The translations under genes were made by a program, and so were the position numbers. Positions 37,313 to 46,537 of a DNA stretch of 64,000 bases are shown in pieces; the stretch's first letter is position 1, and the number at the start of each line of letters is the position of its first letter. The stretch comes from an uncultured Planctomycetales bacterium. GTDB taxonomy: Bacteria; Omnitrophota; Gorgyraeia; Zapsychrales; JAHFFX01. The notes under the pieces are model-generated. The model worked only from the letters and a program-made list of their open reading frames with translations. It was not told the DNA's origin and searched no databases. Location of the stretch: NCBI GenBank assembly GCA_964372915.1, contig CAYJRN010000001.1:36305-100304 (forward strand), given 5' to 3'.

Positions 37313-38812
37313 ATGACAAAAACTCCCATGGCGATTGGCAATGCAAAAAAACTCTACCCCGTAGTTTTAACGATTGGACTGGTGACCTTGGGCTTGAATG
37401 TGTGCATGGCACCACCCAGCGCCGGGCAGACCCAATCTGAACCCGAATTGACAACGGCGATCGAAAAGGTCGCCGCCAGCGTTGGTCCGGCGGTTGTCGC
37501 CATTCAGTCCGATAGGACCGAACACATCCAAGGCATCAATCCATTCCCAGGAAGCCCGTTTGAAGACGATCTTTTGAATCGCTTCTTCTCGGATTTTTTT
37601 GATGAACTGCCGGACAGAGAGTTTAAAAAAACATCTCTGGGTTCCGGCGTCATTATCGATCCACAAGGCTACATTCTCACCAACGAGCATGTCGTGCGCG
37701 ACACCGACAAGATCACCGTGACACTGCCGGATGGCCGCGAGTTTCAAGGGAGCGTCAAAGGGACAGACCCGCGTTCAGATCTGGCCGTGGTTAAGATAGA
37801 CGCGTCGAATCTTCCCTCGGCCAAATTGGGAGATTCTGATATTCTCAAAACCGGACAATGGGTCGTGGCCATAGGAAATCCGTTTGGAATCTTTCTACCA
37901 AATACGGAACCCGCGGTTACCGCCGGCGTCATCAGTGCCTTGCACCGCTCGCTTCCTGGTAATCCCATCAAAGTCGATACGGATTATACGGACCTCATCC
38001 AGACCGACGCCGCGATCAATCCGGGTAATTCCGGCGGGCCGCTGGTCAACCTTCATGGAGAAATCATCGGTATCAATGTCGCCATTTTCTCGATCTCCGG
38101 CGGCTATCAGGGCATTGGTTTTGCGATTCCCAGCAATACAGCCCAGAGGATCGTCGGACATTTGATTGAGGGTACGGCCGTGGAATACGGATGGATTGGC
38201 GTGGGCGTTCAAGATGTGAACGCGCGCCTCGCGGATTTTTTTGACTTAAAATCCAAAGAAGGGGTTGTGGTCACAAAAGTGATTGACGACAGTCCGGCCC
38301 AAACGGCGGGAATCAAGGATGGGGATATTATTGTTTCTTATGAGGAGAAACCCATCAAGAATACTGTCATGCTCATCAAGATGATCGGCAATACATCCAT
38401 CGGTAAAACCGCGAAAGTTGAAGTATGGCGAGACAAGGGCACTAAAATCTTTCAGGTTAAAGTTGCCAAACGTCCTGGTTTTGACAGCCGTGAACAAGTG
38501 ATCCCGGAAAAAAAACAAGTCCCGGAAACTTCTCAAAAAGATTTTCTCAACTGGCGCGGCGCCACAATCCGCAACATTCCTCCGGATGTAAGATCAAAAA
38601 TTGCCGCGCCTGATGCCGAAGGCGTCATCATCGTGAGCGTCGAGAACAACAGCCCTGCCCAGGAAGCAGGTTTACGCAAAGGTGACATGATTGTCAGCTT
38701 CAACAAGAATCCGGTCAAGGATATCAATGGCTTGAATGTCCAGATAAAAAAGGTCAAAGGAGATTGTCTTGTACGGACCATCCGAGGATTTTTTGTCGTT
38801 AAAGAACAATAG
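37313..38812 (+). CDS. htrA: periplasmic serine endoprotease DegP/HtrA with two PDZ domains
   Basis: Trypsin-like catalytic triad region (..GNSGGPLVNLHGEIIGIN..) and two PDZ domains. Confidence 0.85.
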   Translation: MTKTPMAIGNAKKLYPVVLTIGLVTLGLNVCMAPPSAGQTQSEPELTTAIEKVAASVGPAVVAIQSDRTEHIQGINPFPGSPFEDDLLNRFFSDFFDELPDREFKKTSLGSGVIIDPQGYILTNEHVVRDTDKITVTLPDGREFQGSVKGTDPRSDLAVVKIDASNLPSAKLGDSDILKTGQWVVAIGNPFGIFLPNTEPAVTAGVISALHRSLPGNPIKVDTDYTDLIQTDAAINPGNSGGPLVNLHGEIIGINVAIFSISGGYQGIGFAIPSNTAQRIVGHLIEGTAVEYGWIGVGVQDVNARLADFFDLKSKEGVVVTKVIDDSPAQTAGIKDGDIIVSYEEKPIKNTVMLIKMIGNTSIGKTAKVEVWRDKGTKIFQVKVAKRPGFDSREQVIPEKKQVPETSQKDFLNWRGATIRNIPPDVRSKIAAPDAEGVIIVSVENNSPAQEAGLRKGDMIVSFNKNPVKDINGLNVQIKKVKGDCLVRTIRGFFVVKEQ

Positions 38813-38830
38813 CTATGGACTTATTGACGG

Positions 38831-39379
38831 TTGTTCCCCCCAAAGACGTTTTTTCCGAGAGAACAATCGTCGAGATATTGGTCTTCCTTTATGTCCTTTG
38901 ATAGGAAAAGACCAATAAGCGGGGATTCCAAACGGTTGAGCCGGGCAAGAGACAGCGCCTATCGGCTTCTAAAAGTCAGACAGCGTAGCGAAAAGGAACT
39001 CTATGAGAGGTTACAACAAAAAAATATACCGGAAGAAATCATTCAGCAAACGATCAATCATCTTAAAACAATTCCTCTCTTGGATGACCTGGAATTCGCA
39101 AGATGGTGGGTGAGCACTCGCCTATTAAAACCCTTCGGTTTTAAAAGAATCCAAACAGAGCTGCGACAAAAAGGCGTTAGCGAGGAAATCATTCGGGACG
39201 CTTTGTCGCAAGCCTTGCAAACAATCAATGAGCAGGATTTGATCGAAAAGGTCATAAAAAAACGTTGGCCGCGCTATCAAGGAATTGACGCGATGACGCG
39301 TAAACGCCGGTTGTTTGACTATTTAGCCCGACGGGGATTTTCGATAGAAGCGATTCAACGGGCAATGAAAAACCTGTAG
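38831..39379 (+). CDS. recX: RecA regulator RecX
   Basis: RecX three-helix repeats (..AYRLLKVRQRSEKELYERLQQKNIPEEII..). The start may instead be the internal M at 38891. Confidence 0.75.
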   Translation: MFPPKTFFPREQSSRYWSSFMSFDRKRPISGDSKRLSRARDSAYRLLKVRQRSEKELYERLQQKNIPEEIIQQTINHLKTIPLLDDLEFARWWVSTRLLKPFGFKRIQTELRQKGVSEEIIRDALSQALQTINEQDLIEKVIKKRWPRYQGIDAMTRKRRLFDYLARRGFSIEAIQRAMKNL

Positions 39380-39403
39380 GGGCACGGCGCCGCCGTGCCC
39401 CTA
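39377..39403. repeat. GC-rich palindrome TAGGGGCACGG-cgccg-CCGTGCCCCTA (second copy), probable terminator between recX and alaS
   Basis: Perfect 11-bp arms overlapping the recX stop codon; identical to the arms of the copy inside dapF. Confidence 0.65.
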
Positions 39404-39413
39404 CGCAAAACCA

Positions 39414-42041
39414 ATGACCGCCAACGAAATCAGAACAAAATTTTTGGACTTCTTTGCTTTAAAAGGCCATACGATTGTACCCAGCGCCTCGCTGGTTCCA
39501 GCGGAATCGGAAGACACAACGGTTCTGTTTACTACCGCGGGAATGCAGCAATTCAAGCGCCAATTCTTAGGACACTTGGAAGGCTACACGCGGGCTGCGT
39601 CGTGTCAGAAGTGTTTACGCACCGATGATCTGGATAAAATCGGTAAAACGCCTTATCATCACACCTTCTTTGAAATGCTCGGGAACTTTTCTTTCGGCGA
39701 TTATTTTAAAAAAGATGCTATCAAGTGGGCCTGGGAATTTTTGACCAAAGAAATGGAGCTACCAGCCGAAAAACTTTGGGTCTCGGTTTACGAAGATGAT
39801 GATGAAGCTTATAACGTTTGGCTTAAAAACATCAAAGTCCCGGCAAAAAAAATTGTAAAGTTGGGGGATAAAAGTAACTTTTGGCCGGCGGAGGCCAAAG
39901 AGAAAGGCCCCAACGGCCCATGCGGACCGTGTTCGGAAATCTTTTATGATTATGGAAAGAATAAAGAGAACCCTTGCTCAAATGAGGAATGTAATCCCGA
40001 TTGCAGCTGCGGACGGTTCTCGGAAGTCTGGAATCTTGTTTTTACACAATTCAATCGTAAAGACGGCGGCGTTTTAGAGCCATTACCGGCGAAGAATATT
40101 GACACCGGCATGGGCCTCGAGCGTCTGGCCGCGGTGGTGCAGGGAAAATATAGCAATTATGGGACAGACAATTTTACCGTCATTTTAGGTGACATCAAAG
40201 AGGCTATAAAGACAAACGGCGCCAACCTTTACGAGAGCGAATACTGTATCGTTGCCGACCATATCCGGGCAATTACTTTCGGTATTGCCGATGGGGCGGT
40301 TCCGTCTAATGAAGGCCGGGGTTATGTTATACGTAAACTCATTGTGGATATAACCGATTTGTGCGTCTTGGCTGGTGTGCAGAAGCCGATTGTTTATACC
40401 TTTGTAGATGCAGTGGTCAAAATCATGGGCAAATCTTATCCAGAAATTACGACCAAGGCCGATGAAATCAAGTGTTTGGTTAAACGTATTGAAAAAGGAT
40501 TTATAAAATTACGCCATAAACGCGTGTCGGAGCTTAAAGAACGCATCGCCAAGACCAAAGACAACGCACAAGTTTTAAGCGAGTTGTTCTTCTTATACAG
40601 GGATACGCATGGCTTGACGATTTATACCATTTCCAAAGTGGCTACGGAAACAGGGGTTTCACCTCTTATTTTAGCGGAAGCTCGTGTAATTTTTGGAAGC
40701 AAAATGGATAAGCAGAAAAACCGTTCCCGCGCCGCAAGCAAAATGACTGGTGACGTGTTTGCCAACGCGGAGCTCAATTTGAACGTGCCCAAGACCGAAT
40801 TCCTCGGCTACGATGAGAAAAATTATTCTAGCGAAGGAAAAATCCTTAAATTATTCGTCAATAATCAAGAAGTTCAAACCATCCAACACGGTGACAAGGT
40901 CAAAATAGTTCTCGATAGAACTCCATTCTATGCTGAATCCGGCGGACAGGTCGGTGACACGGGGCTGCTTACAAAGAAAGGCGGACGCATCAAGATCACG
41001 GATACTCAGAAGATCGCCGATGTGTTTATCCATACCGGATCTGTAGAGGAAGGAATCTTTAACGTGAATGACCAAGTCCTCGCGCAAATCGATGTCGAGC
41101 GACGATTGGCGATTATGCGCAACCACACGGCCACACATCTTTTGCAGGCGGCGCTGCGTCGGGTTTTGGGAACTCACGTGCAGCAGCAAGGATCACTCGT
41201 GGCGCCGGACCGGCTGCGTTTTGATTTCACGCATCATCAAGCCGTGAGCAAAGAGCAATTGCGGGAGATCGAGTCGATCATCAACAATCAAATCAAAGCC
41301 GGTCATCAAGTGGATAAAAAAATCATGGACCTCAAAGCAGCCAAAGAAAGCGGGGCCACGGCTTTTTTCGCCGAAAAATACAAAGACGTCGTACGGGTCG
41401 TTTCCATCGGTGATTACTCAAAAGAATTATGCGGTGGGACACACTTAAAATCCACCGACCAGATCGGTCAATTGAAAATAGCCGGCGAAGGTGCCGTCGC
41501 TCAAGGGATCCGCCGTATTGAAGCGCGAACCGAAACCGGAGCGCGTGAATTCATCCGTGAACGAGAAAAACAAGAAGCCGGGCGCATCGAATCTGAGACC
41601 AAACGTCTACAAGAATTAGAAAAGAAAAGGGAGGGGGATCGCAAGACTTTTGAAACTTTCAAAAGTTCACTAGAGAAAATCATTAAAGACGCCGACACAA
41701 TTCATAATACAAAAGTCATCACCTATACCTTTACGAATTCGGATGCCAACCAGCTAAAAAAATTTTCTGATTTGATCAAACAACAGGTTCCATCGGTTGC
41801 GATTTGTATGGGTTCGACTTTTAACGACAGCGCGTCTGTAATAGTTGGCGTCTCTGGCGATCTCGTGGAAAAAGGAATCAGGGCGAATGAACTCATCAAG
41901 GACATTGCCCCTCTCATCAATGGCAACGGCGGCGGCCGACCGGAATTGGCGCAGGCCGGAAGCAAAGATCCCTCCAATCTCAGCTCAGCCATTGCGCAAG
42001 CCAAAAAAATCTTGCTGACTTCTCTAAAAAATTTGAAGTAG
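39414..42041 (+). CDS. alaS: alanine--tRNA ligase
   Basis: 875 aa with class II motifs, the HxxxH..CGGTH editing-domain motif and a C-terminal DHHA1 domain. Confidence 0.95.
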   Translation: MTANEIRTKFLDFFALKGHTIVPSASLVPAESEDTTVLFTTAGMQQFKRQFLGHLEGYTRAASCQKCLRTDDLDKIGKTPYHHTFFEMLGNFSFGDYFKKDAIKWAWEFLTKEMELPAEKLWVSVYEDDDEAYNVWLKNIKVPAKKIVKLGDKSNFWPAEAKEKGPNGPCGPCSEIFYDYGKNKENPCSNEECNPDCSCGRFSEVWNLVFTQFNRKDGGVLEPLPAKNIDTGMGLERLAAVVQGKYSNYGTDNFTVILGDIKEAIKTNGANLYESEYCIVADHIRAITFGIADGAVPSNEGRGYVIRKLIVDITDLCVLAGVQKPIVYTFVDAVVKIMGKSYPEITTKADEIKCLVKRIEKGFIKLRHKRVSELKERIAKTKDNAQVLSELFFLYRDTHGLTIYTISKVATETGVSPLILAEARVIFGSKMDKQKNRSRAASKMTGDVFANAELNLNVPKTEFLGYDEKNYSSEGKILKLFVNNQEVQTIQHGDKVKIVLDRTPFYAESGGQVGDTGLLTKKGGRIKITDTQKIADVFIHTGSVEEGIFNVNDQVLAQIDVERRLAIMRNHTATHLLQAALRRVLGTHVQQQGSLVAPDRLRFDFTHHQAVSKEQLREIESIINNQIKAGHQVDKKIMDLKAAKESGATAFFAEKYKDVVRVVSIGDYSKELCGGTHLKSTDQIGQLKIAGEGAVAQGIRRIEARTETGAREFIREREKQEAGRIESETKRLQELEKKREGDRKTFETFKSSLEKIIKDADTIHNTKVITYTFTNSDANQLKKFSDLIKQQVPSVAICMGSTFNDSASVIVGVSGDLVEKGIRANELIKDIAPLINGNGGGRPELAQAGSKDPSNLSSAIAQAKKILLTSLKNLK

Positions 42042-42052
42042 CCAGCACTGCC

Positions 42053-43327
42053 TTGCGCTTTGCGAAAGGCTGTAAAGAAAGCACTCTCAAAATGAAAATC
42101 CTCAAGCAAGGCGGCAAGGGAATCGAAAAACTTTTTGACCGCAACCTCTACGCGCGCAAAAAGCACGTCGAGGAGAAAGTGCGCCGTATCATCGATGAGG
42201 TCCGAATAAAAGGCGACGAGGGGGTCCTTAAGTACACCCAAAAATTCGATAAGGTCAAACTCACGACCAAAATGATCCGTGTCGATGAGAGTGAGATCAG
42301 CGGCGCCTTCCAGAATATCACCAGCGATTTTGTGACGACGCTTAAAGTCATCATCAACAACGTCGAGGTTTTTTATAAGAAACAATTAAAGAAACCGGCG
42401 CAAGTGAAAGACACGGAAGGCATCGTCCTTAAGGAAAACTTTTTATCGCTGGAATCGGTGGGCATTTACGTCCCGGCGGGAACGGCGCCCTTGGTTTCCT
42501 CCGTCTATATGACCGTCATCCCGGCCAAGGTTGCCGGGGTCAAAAGAATTGCCATCGCTACCCCGCCGGACAAGGAGGGGCGTATCAACCCGTATATCCT
42601 GGCGGTCGCGAACCTCCTCAAGGTCAACGAAATTTATAAGATGGGTGGGGCCCAGGCCATTGCGGCGCTGGCCCTGGGAACAAAAACCGTTCCCAGGGTG
42701 GACAAAATCATCGGCCCCGGTAATATGTACGTGACCGAAGCCAAGCGCCAGCTCTTCGGCTATGTTGATATCGATATGCTCGCCGGCCCGACGGAATTGG
42801 TCATCATCGCCAATCGCGCCAGCGATCCGGAATACGTCATTGCCGATCTTGAGGCGCAAATGGAACACATTGGAGGACTTTCGATTTTGGTCACACCCTC
42901 GAGACAACTCATCCGACAAGTGAAGAAGAGAGTTTCGAACGGCTTTGGTATTCTCGTCAAGAACATGGATGAGGCGGTCGCCGTTGTCAATCGCATCGCG
43001 CCGGAACACTTGCAGATTTTGACCAACAATCCTTTAAGCATCGCCAAAAGAATCGTCAATGCCGGTGCCGTCTTTTTAGGGCCTTACAGCCCGACGGCCG
43101 TTGGCGATTACGTGGCCGGACCCAGTCACGTTCTGCCGACCTTGGGAACCGCGCGATTCTTTTCAGGGTTATGTTTGTCGGACTTCATGAAGACGAGTCA
43201 CATCATTTCGTATTCCAAAAAAGCGCTCGAGAAGGTACGCGAGCCTTTGGAAAAAATCGCGAGTATAGAAGGATTACCCAAGCACTCTCAATCCGTCATC
43301 GTACGTTTCAATGGAAAGGATGAATAG
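42053..43327 (+). CDS. hisD: histidinol dehydrogenase
   Basis: ..GPYSPTAVGDYVAGPSHVLPT.. signature. The start may be the internal MKILKQ at 42092. Confidence 0.9.
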   Translation: MRFAKGCKESTLKMKILKQGGKGIEKLFDRNLYARKKHVEEKVRRIIDEVRIKGDEGVLKYTQKFDKVKLTTKMIRVDESEISGAFQNITSDFVTTLKVIINNVEVFYKKQLKKPAQVKDTEGIVLKENFLSLESVGIYVPAGTAPLVSSVYMTVIPAKVAGVKRIAIATPPDKEGRINPYILAVANLLKVNEIYKMGGAQAIAALALGTKTVPRVDKIIGPGNMYVTEAKRQLFGYVDIDMLAGPTELVIIANRASDPEYVIADLEAQMEHIGGLSILVTPSRQLIRQVKKRVSNGFGILVKNMDEAVAVVNRIAPEHLQILTNNPLSIAKRIVNAGAVFLGPYSPTAVGDYVAGPSHVLPTLGTARFFSGLCLSDFMKTSHIISYSKKALEKVREPLEKIASIEGLPKHSQSVIVRFNGKDE

Positions 43328-43961
43328 CATGGCCACTAAAAAAGCGCGGACAGCGCCAATCAATCGTAAAACTAAGGAAACCGTCAGCAAAGGCTTTTTG
43401 AAAGTTGATGGGACAGGCAAGACCAAAATCAAAACGCCCATCGGATTGCTTTCGCACATGTTGGATTTATTTTGTTTCCACGGATATTTTGATTTGACGC
43501 TGGATGTTAAGGGCGACACTCATGTTGACATTCATCACACGAATGAAGACATCGGGATTATTTTAGGAAAGGCCTTCAAGGATGCCCTGAAAGATAAGAA
43601 GGGCGTGCGAAGGTTCGGTTCCGCCTTTGCGCCCATGGAAGATACCTTGGGACATTCCGTTATTGATTTGAGCGGACGGGGGCACTTAAAATTAAATTTT
43701 GATTATGCTGGAGCCGTGCATACGGAATTAAAAGCCGAGGACGGCTATACTACCCAGCATTTAGAACATTTTCTGGATTCTTTTGCCAAGCAATTGGGAG
43801 CCACCGTTATCATTACGGTAAAAATCCCGACAGCCGTAAACCCGGACGTTCACACGGTAACCGAAACTGTCTTCAAATCTTTGGGCATGGCGTTGGATCA
43901 AGCGACACAGATCGATCCCCGACGGAAAGTTGTGCCATCGACTAAAGGGATTATTGATTAA
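43311..43961 (+). CDS. hisB: imidazoleglycerol-phosphate dehydratase
   Basis: ..LSHMLDLFCFHGYFDL..HHTNEDIGI.. motifs. The start is probably the M at 43329. Confidence 0.9.
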   Translation: MERMNSMATKKARTAPINRKTKETVSKGFLKVDGTGKTKIKTPIGLLSHMLDLFCFHGYFDLTLDVKGDTHVDIHHTNEDIGIILGKAFKDALKDKKGVRRFGSAFAPMEDTLGHSVIDLSGRGHLKLNFDYAGAVHTELKAEDGYTTQHLEHFLDSFAKQLGATVIITVKIPTAVNPDVHTVTETVFKSLGMALDQATQIDPRRKVVPSTKGIID

Positions 43962-44056
43962 ATTTAAACGTAGGACGTAGGAAGTGGGACGTGGGACGTA
44001 AAATCCAACGTCCTTACGTCCCAATGAACGAAGTGAACAGACGTCCAACGTAAATT
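43962..44056. repeat. intergenic cluster of GGACGT/ACGTCC hexamer repeats between hisB and hisH
   Basis: acgtaGGACGTaggaagtGGGACGTGGGACGTaaaatccaACGTCCttACGTCCcaatgaacgaagtgaacagACGTCCaACGTaa: four direct and three inverted copies, which can fold into an imperfect hairpin. Confidence 0.6.
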
Positions 44057-44662
44057 ATGATTGCAATTATCGACTACGGCATGGGAAATTTGCGCAGTGT
44101 GCAGAAGGCGCTTGAGAAAGTCGGCGCCCGCGCGCAGGTGACTCAGAATCCCAAGGAGATCCAAAGCGCCGAAAGAGTAGTTCTGCCGGGCGTAGGCGCC
44201 ATGGGTCCGGCGATGGAAAAGCTGCGGACGCTTAACCTTATTGATTCGATCAAAGAGTCGATCCGTTCCGGTAAACCCTTCTTAGGCATTTGCCTGGGGC
44301 TGCAGCTTTTGTTCGATCGAAGTTGCGAAGGCGGAGAGGTGCGCGGGCTTGGAATCTTGCGCGGCAGCGTGGAGCGATTTCAATCGCTCAAAGTCCCACA
44401 CATGGGTTGGAATCAGATCAAAATCAAAAACAAAACTTCCCTTCTTCTGAGAGGTATCAAGGATTCGAACAATGTCTATTTCTGTCACTCCTATTACGTG
44501 CGCCCCACCGACACGACGGTCGCGGCCGCCATGACGGATTATGGCGTTAACTTTGTTTCCGCGATCGCCCACAAGAACATCTTCGGCGTCCAGTTTCATC
44601 CCGAAAAAAGTCAATCTCTCGGACTGCAAATCCTCAAAAATTTCACTGAGGTCAAAGGATGA
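44057..44662 (+). CDS. hisH: imidazole glycerol phosphate synthase, glutaminase subunit
   Basis: Class I glutamine amidotransferase catalytic Cys in ..GICLGLQLL.., and the HisH N-terminus IAIIDYGMGNL. Confidence 0.9.
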   Translation: MIAIIDYGMGNLRSVQKALEKVGARAQVTQNPKEIQSAERVVLPGVGAMGPAMEKLRTLNLIDSIKESIRSGKPFLGICLGLQLLFDRSCEGGEVRGLGILRGSVERFQSLKVPHMGWNQIKIKNKTSLLLRGIKDSNNVYFCHSYYVRPTDTTVAAAMTDYGVNFVSAIAHKNIFGVQFHPEKSQSLGLQILKNFTEVKG

Positions 44663-45390
44663 TCGTCATCCCGGCCATTGACATCAAGGACGGTAAGGTC
44701 GTTCGTCTTTTGCGCGGAAAAGAGTCGGATATCACCGTCTATTCGGATGATCCAGTGGCGGTTGCAAAAAAATGGGAAACCGCCGGGGCAGAATTACTGC
44801 ACATTGTGGACTTAGATAACGCGATCCATGGAACGAGCAAAAATTTTGAGGTGATCACAAAAATTGCAACTTCCGTTCAAATCCCGGTGCAATTGGGCGG
44901 CGGCATCCGTAACAAATACGATGTTGCGCGATATTTTTCCAGTGGCGTCTCCCGCGTTATTTTGGGAACAAAAGCTATTGAAAACAAAAAATTCCTCGAA
45001 GAAGTCCTCAATGAATGGAAAGGACAGATCATCGTCAGTATTGATTGTTCCAATGGCATGGTGGCCCATCATGGTTGGACCGAAGTTTCAAATATAAGAG
45101 CTGTTGATTTTGCCAAAGAGTTGAAGGCTATGGGGCTTAAGTGTCTTATCTACACCGACATCAGCCGTGATGGAACGCTTCAAGGACCAGACATAGAGGG
45201 TTTGCGGGAGATATTAAATTCCGTGCCTATTTCGGTTATAGCTTCCGGTGGAGTTTCGAATATCGAAGACATTAAAAAACTTATCGAGCTCGAGGCCGAA
45301 GGTCTTTGGGGTGTCATCACCGGAAAAGCGATTTATGAAGGAAAACTCGATCTTAAGGCAGCGATCCAACTATGCTCACAAAAAGAATAA
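44659..45390 (+). CDS. hisA: phosphoribosylformimino-5-aminoimidazole carboxamide ribotide isomerase
   Basis: [17 protein letters not shown].. with (beta/alpha)8 HisA motifs. Confidence 0.9.
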   Translation: MIVIPAIDIKDGKVVRLLRGKESDITVYSDDPVAVAKKWETAGAELLHIVDLDNAIHGTSKNFEVITKIATSVQIPVQLGGGIRNKYDVARYFSSGVSRVILGTKAIENKKFLEEVLNEWKGQIIVSIDCSNGMVAHHGWTEVSNIRAVDFAKELKAMGLKCLIYTDISRDGTLQGPDIEGLREILNSVPISVIASGGVSNIEDIKKLIELEAEGLWGVITGKAIYEGKLDLKAAIQLCSQKE

Positions 45391-46127
45391 TTCCCTGCCT
45401 CGATGTCAAGGACGGCCGGGTGGTCAAGGGCATCAATTTTGTGAATTTGAAAGACGCGGGCGATCCGGTCGAATGCGCCAAGGTGTACGATGAAAACCAA
45501 GCCGATGAACTTGTGTATCTCGATATCACCGCCAGCCACGAAAAGCGCTCGATTTTCTTAGATGTCGTTAAAAACACCGCTGAGCAGGTCTTTATGCCTT
45601 TGACGGTGGGCGGCGGCATCAAAAACGTGAATGATATTCGAGAATTATTGAAAGCCGGGGCCGATAAGGTTTCCATGAACACCGCGGCCGTGCAAAATCC
45701 AAAACTCATCAGTGAAAGCGCGCGGCAATTCGGCAATCAATGCATTGTGGTGGCCATCGACGCAAAAAAAGTCGGAAGTCATTGGGAAGTTTTTACTCAC
45801 GGTGGCCGCAGGGCAACGGGCAAAGACGCGATTCGATGGGCGAAAGAGGCCGAAAACTTAGGAGCCGGCGAGATTCTTCTGACCAGCATGGATTACGACG
45901 GGACAAAAAACGGATACGACCTGAGCTTAACAAAAGCGGCGTGTCAAGCCCTCAACATCCCCGTGATCGCCTCCGGCGGGGCAGGCGCGTTGGAACATTT
46001 TTACGATGTGCTTTCGAAAACAGGAGCGGACGCGGCCCTGGCGGCGTCGGTCTTTCACTTTGGCGAAATCCCGATTCCTAAAGTAAAAGAATTTTTAAAA
46101 AGCAAATCCATTGAGGTAAGGCTATGA
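45372..46127 (+). CDS. hisF: imidazole glycerol phosphate synthase, cyclase subunit
   Basis: ..[16 protein letters not shown].. HisF signature. Confidence 0.9.
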   Translation: MLTKRIIPCLDVKDGRVVKGINFVNLKDAGDPVECAKVYDENQADELVYLDITASHEKRSIFLDVVKNTAEQVFMPLTVGGGIKNVNDIRELLKAGADKVSMNTAAVQNPKLISESARQFGNQCIVVAIDAKKVGSHWEVFTHGGRRATGKDAIRWAKEAENLGAGEILLTSMDYDGTKNGYDLSLTKAACQALNIPVIASGGAGALEHFYDVLSKTGADAALAASVFHFGEIPIPKVKEFLKSKSIEVRL

Positions 46128-46483
46128 GCATGAAACCAGAAGAAAAAATCCTTTTGACCACGCGCACCCTCGACAAACTCAAATTCAACGATCAAAAAAT
46201 CATCCCGGTGATCATCCAGGATTACAAGACCAAGGAAGTGCTGATGCTCGCCTATATGAATCTGGAATCGATCAAAAGGACGATCAAAAGAGGGAAGGTC
46301 ACGTATTGGTCGCGTTCCCGTCAGAAATACTGGGTCAAGGGAGAAACCTCCGGGCATTTCCAGTTCCCAAGGGAAATCCGCTACGATTGCGACCTGGACA
46401 CATTACTCATTAAGGTCAAGCAAATTGGTTCAGCATGCCACACGATGAAGGGAAGCTGTTTTTATCGAAAACTTAAAATATAA
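46124..46483 (+). CDS. hisI: phosphoribosyl-AMP cyclohydrolase
   Basis: 119 aa with ..[18 protein letters not shown].. There is no fused HisE domain. Confidence 0.85.
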   Translation: MSMKPEEKILLTTRTLDKLKFNDQKIIPVIIQDYKTKEVLMLAYMNLESIKRTIKRGKVTYWSRSRQKYWVKGETSGHFQFPREIRYDCDLDTLLIKVKQIGSACHTMKGSCFYRKLKI

Positions 46484-46537
46484 AAGGATATAGCGTATAG
46501 CGGTTAGCGGTCAGTAGAAATCAGTAACTCATTTACT

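Noticed and set aside
39395-39628. 77-aa + strand ORF upstream of and overlapping the alaS start
   Set aside because: It runs through the palindromic terminator and overlaps the true alaS N-terminus in another frame. It has no SD and no family resemblance.
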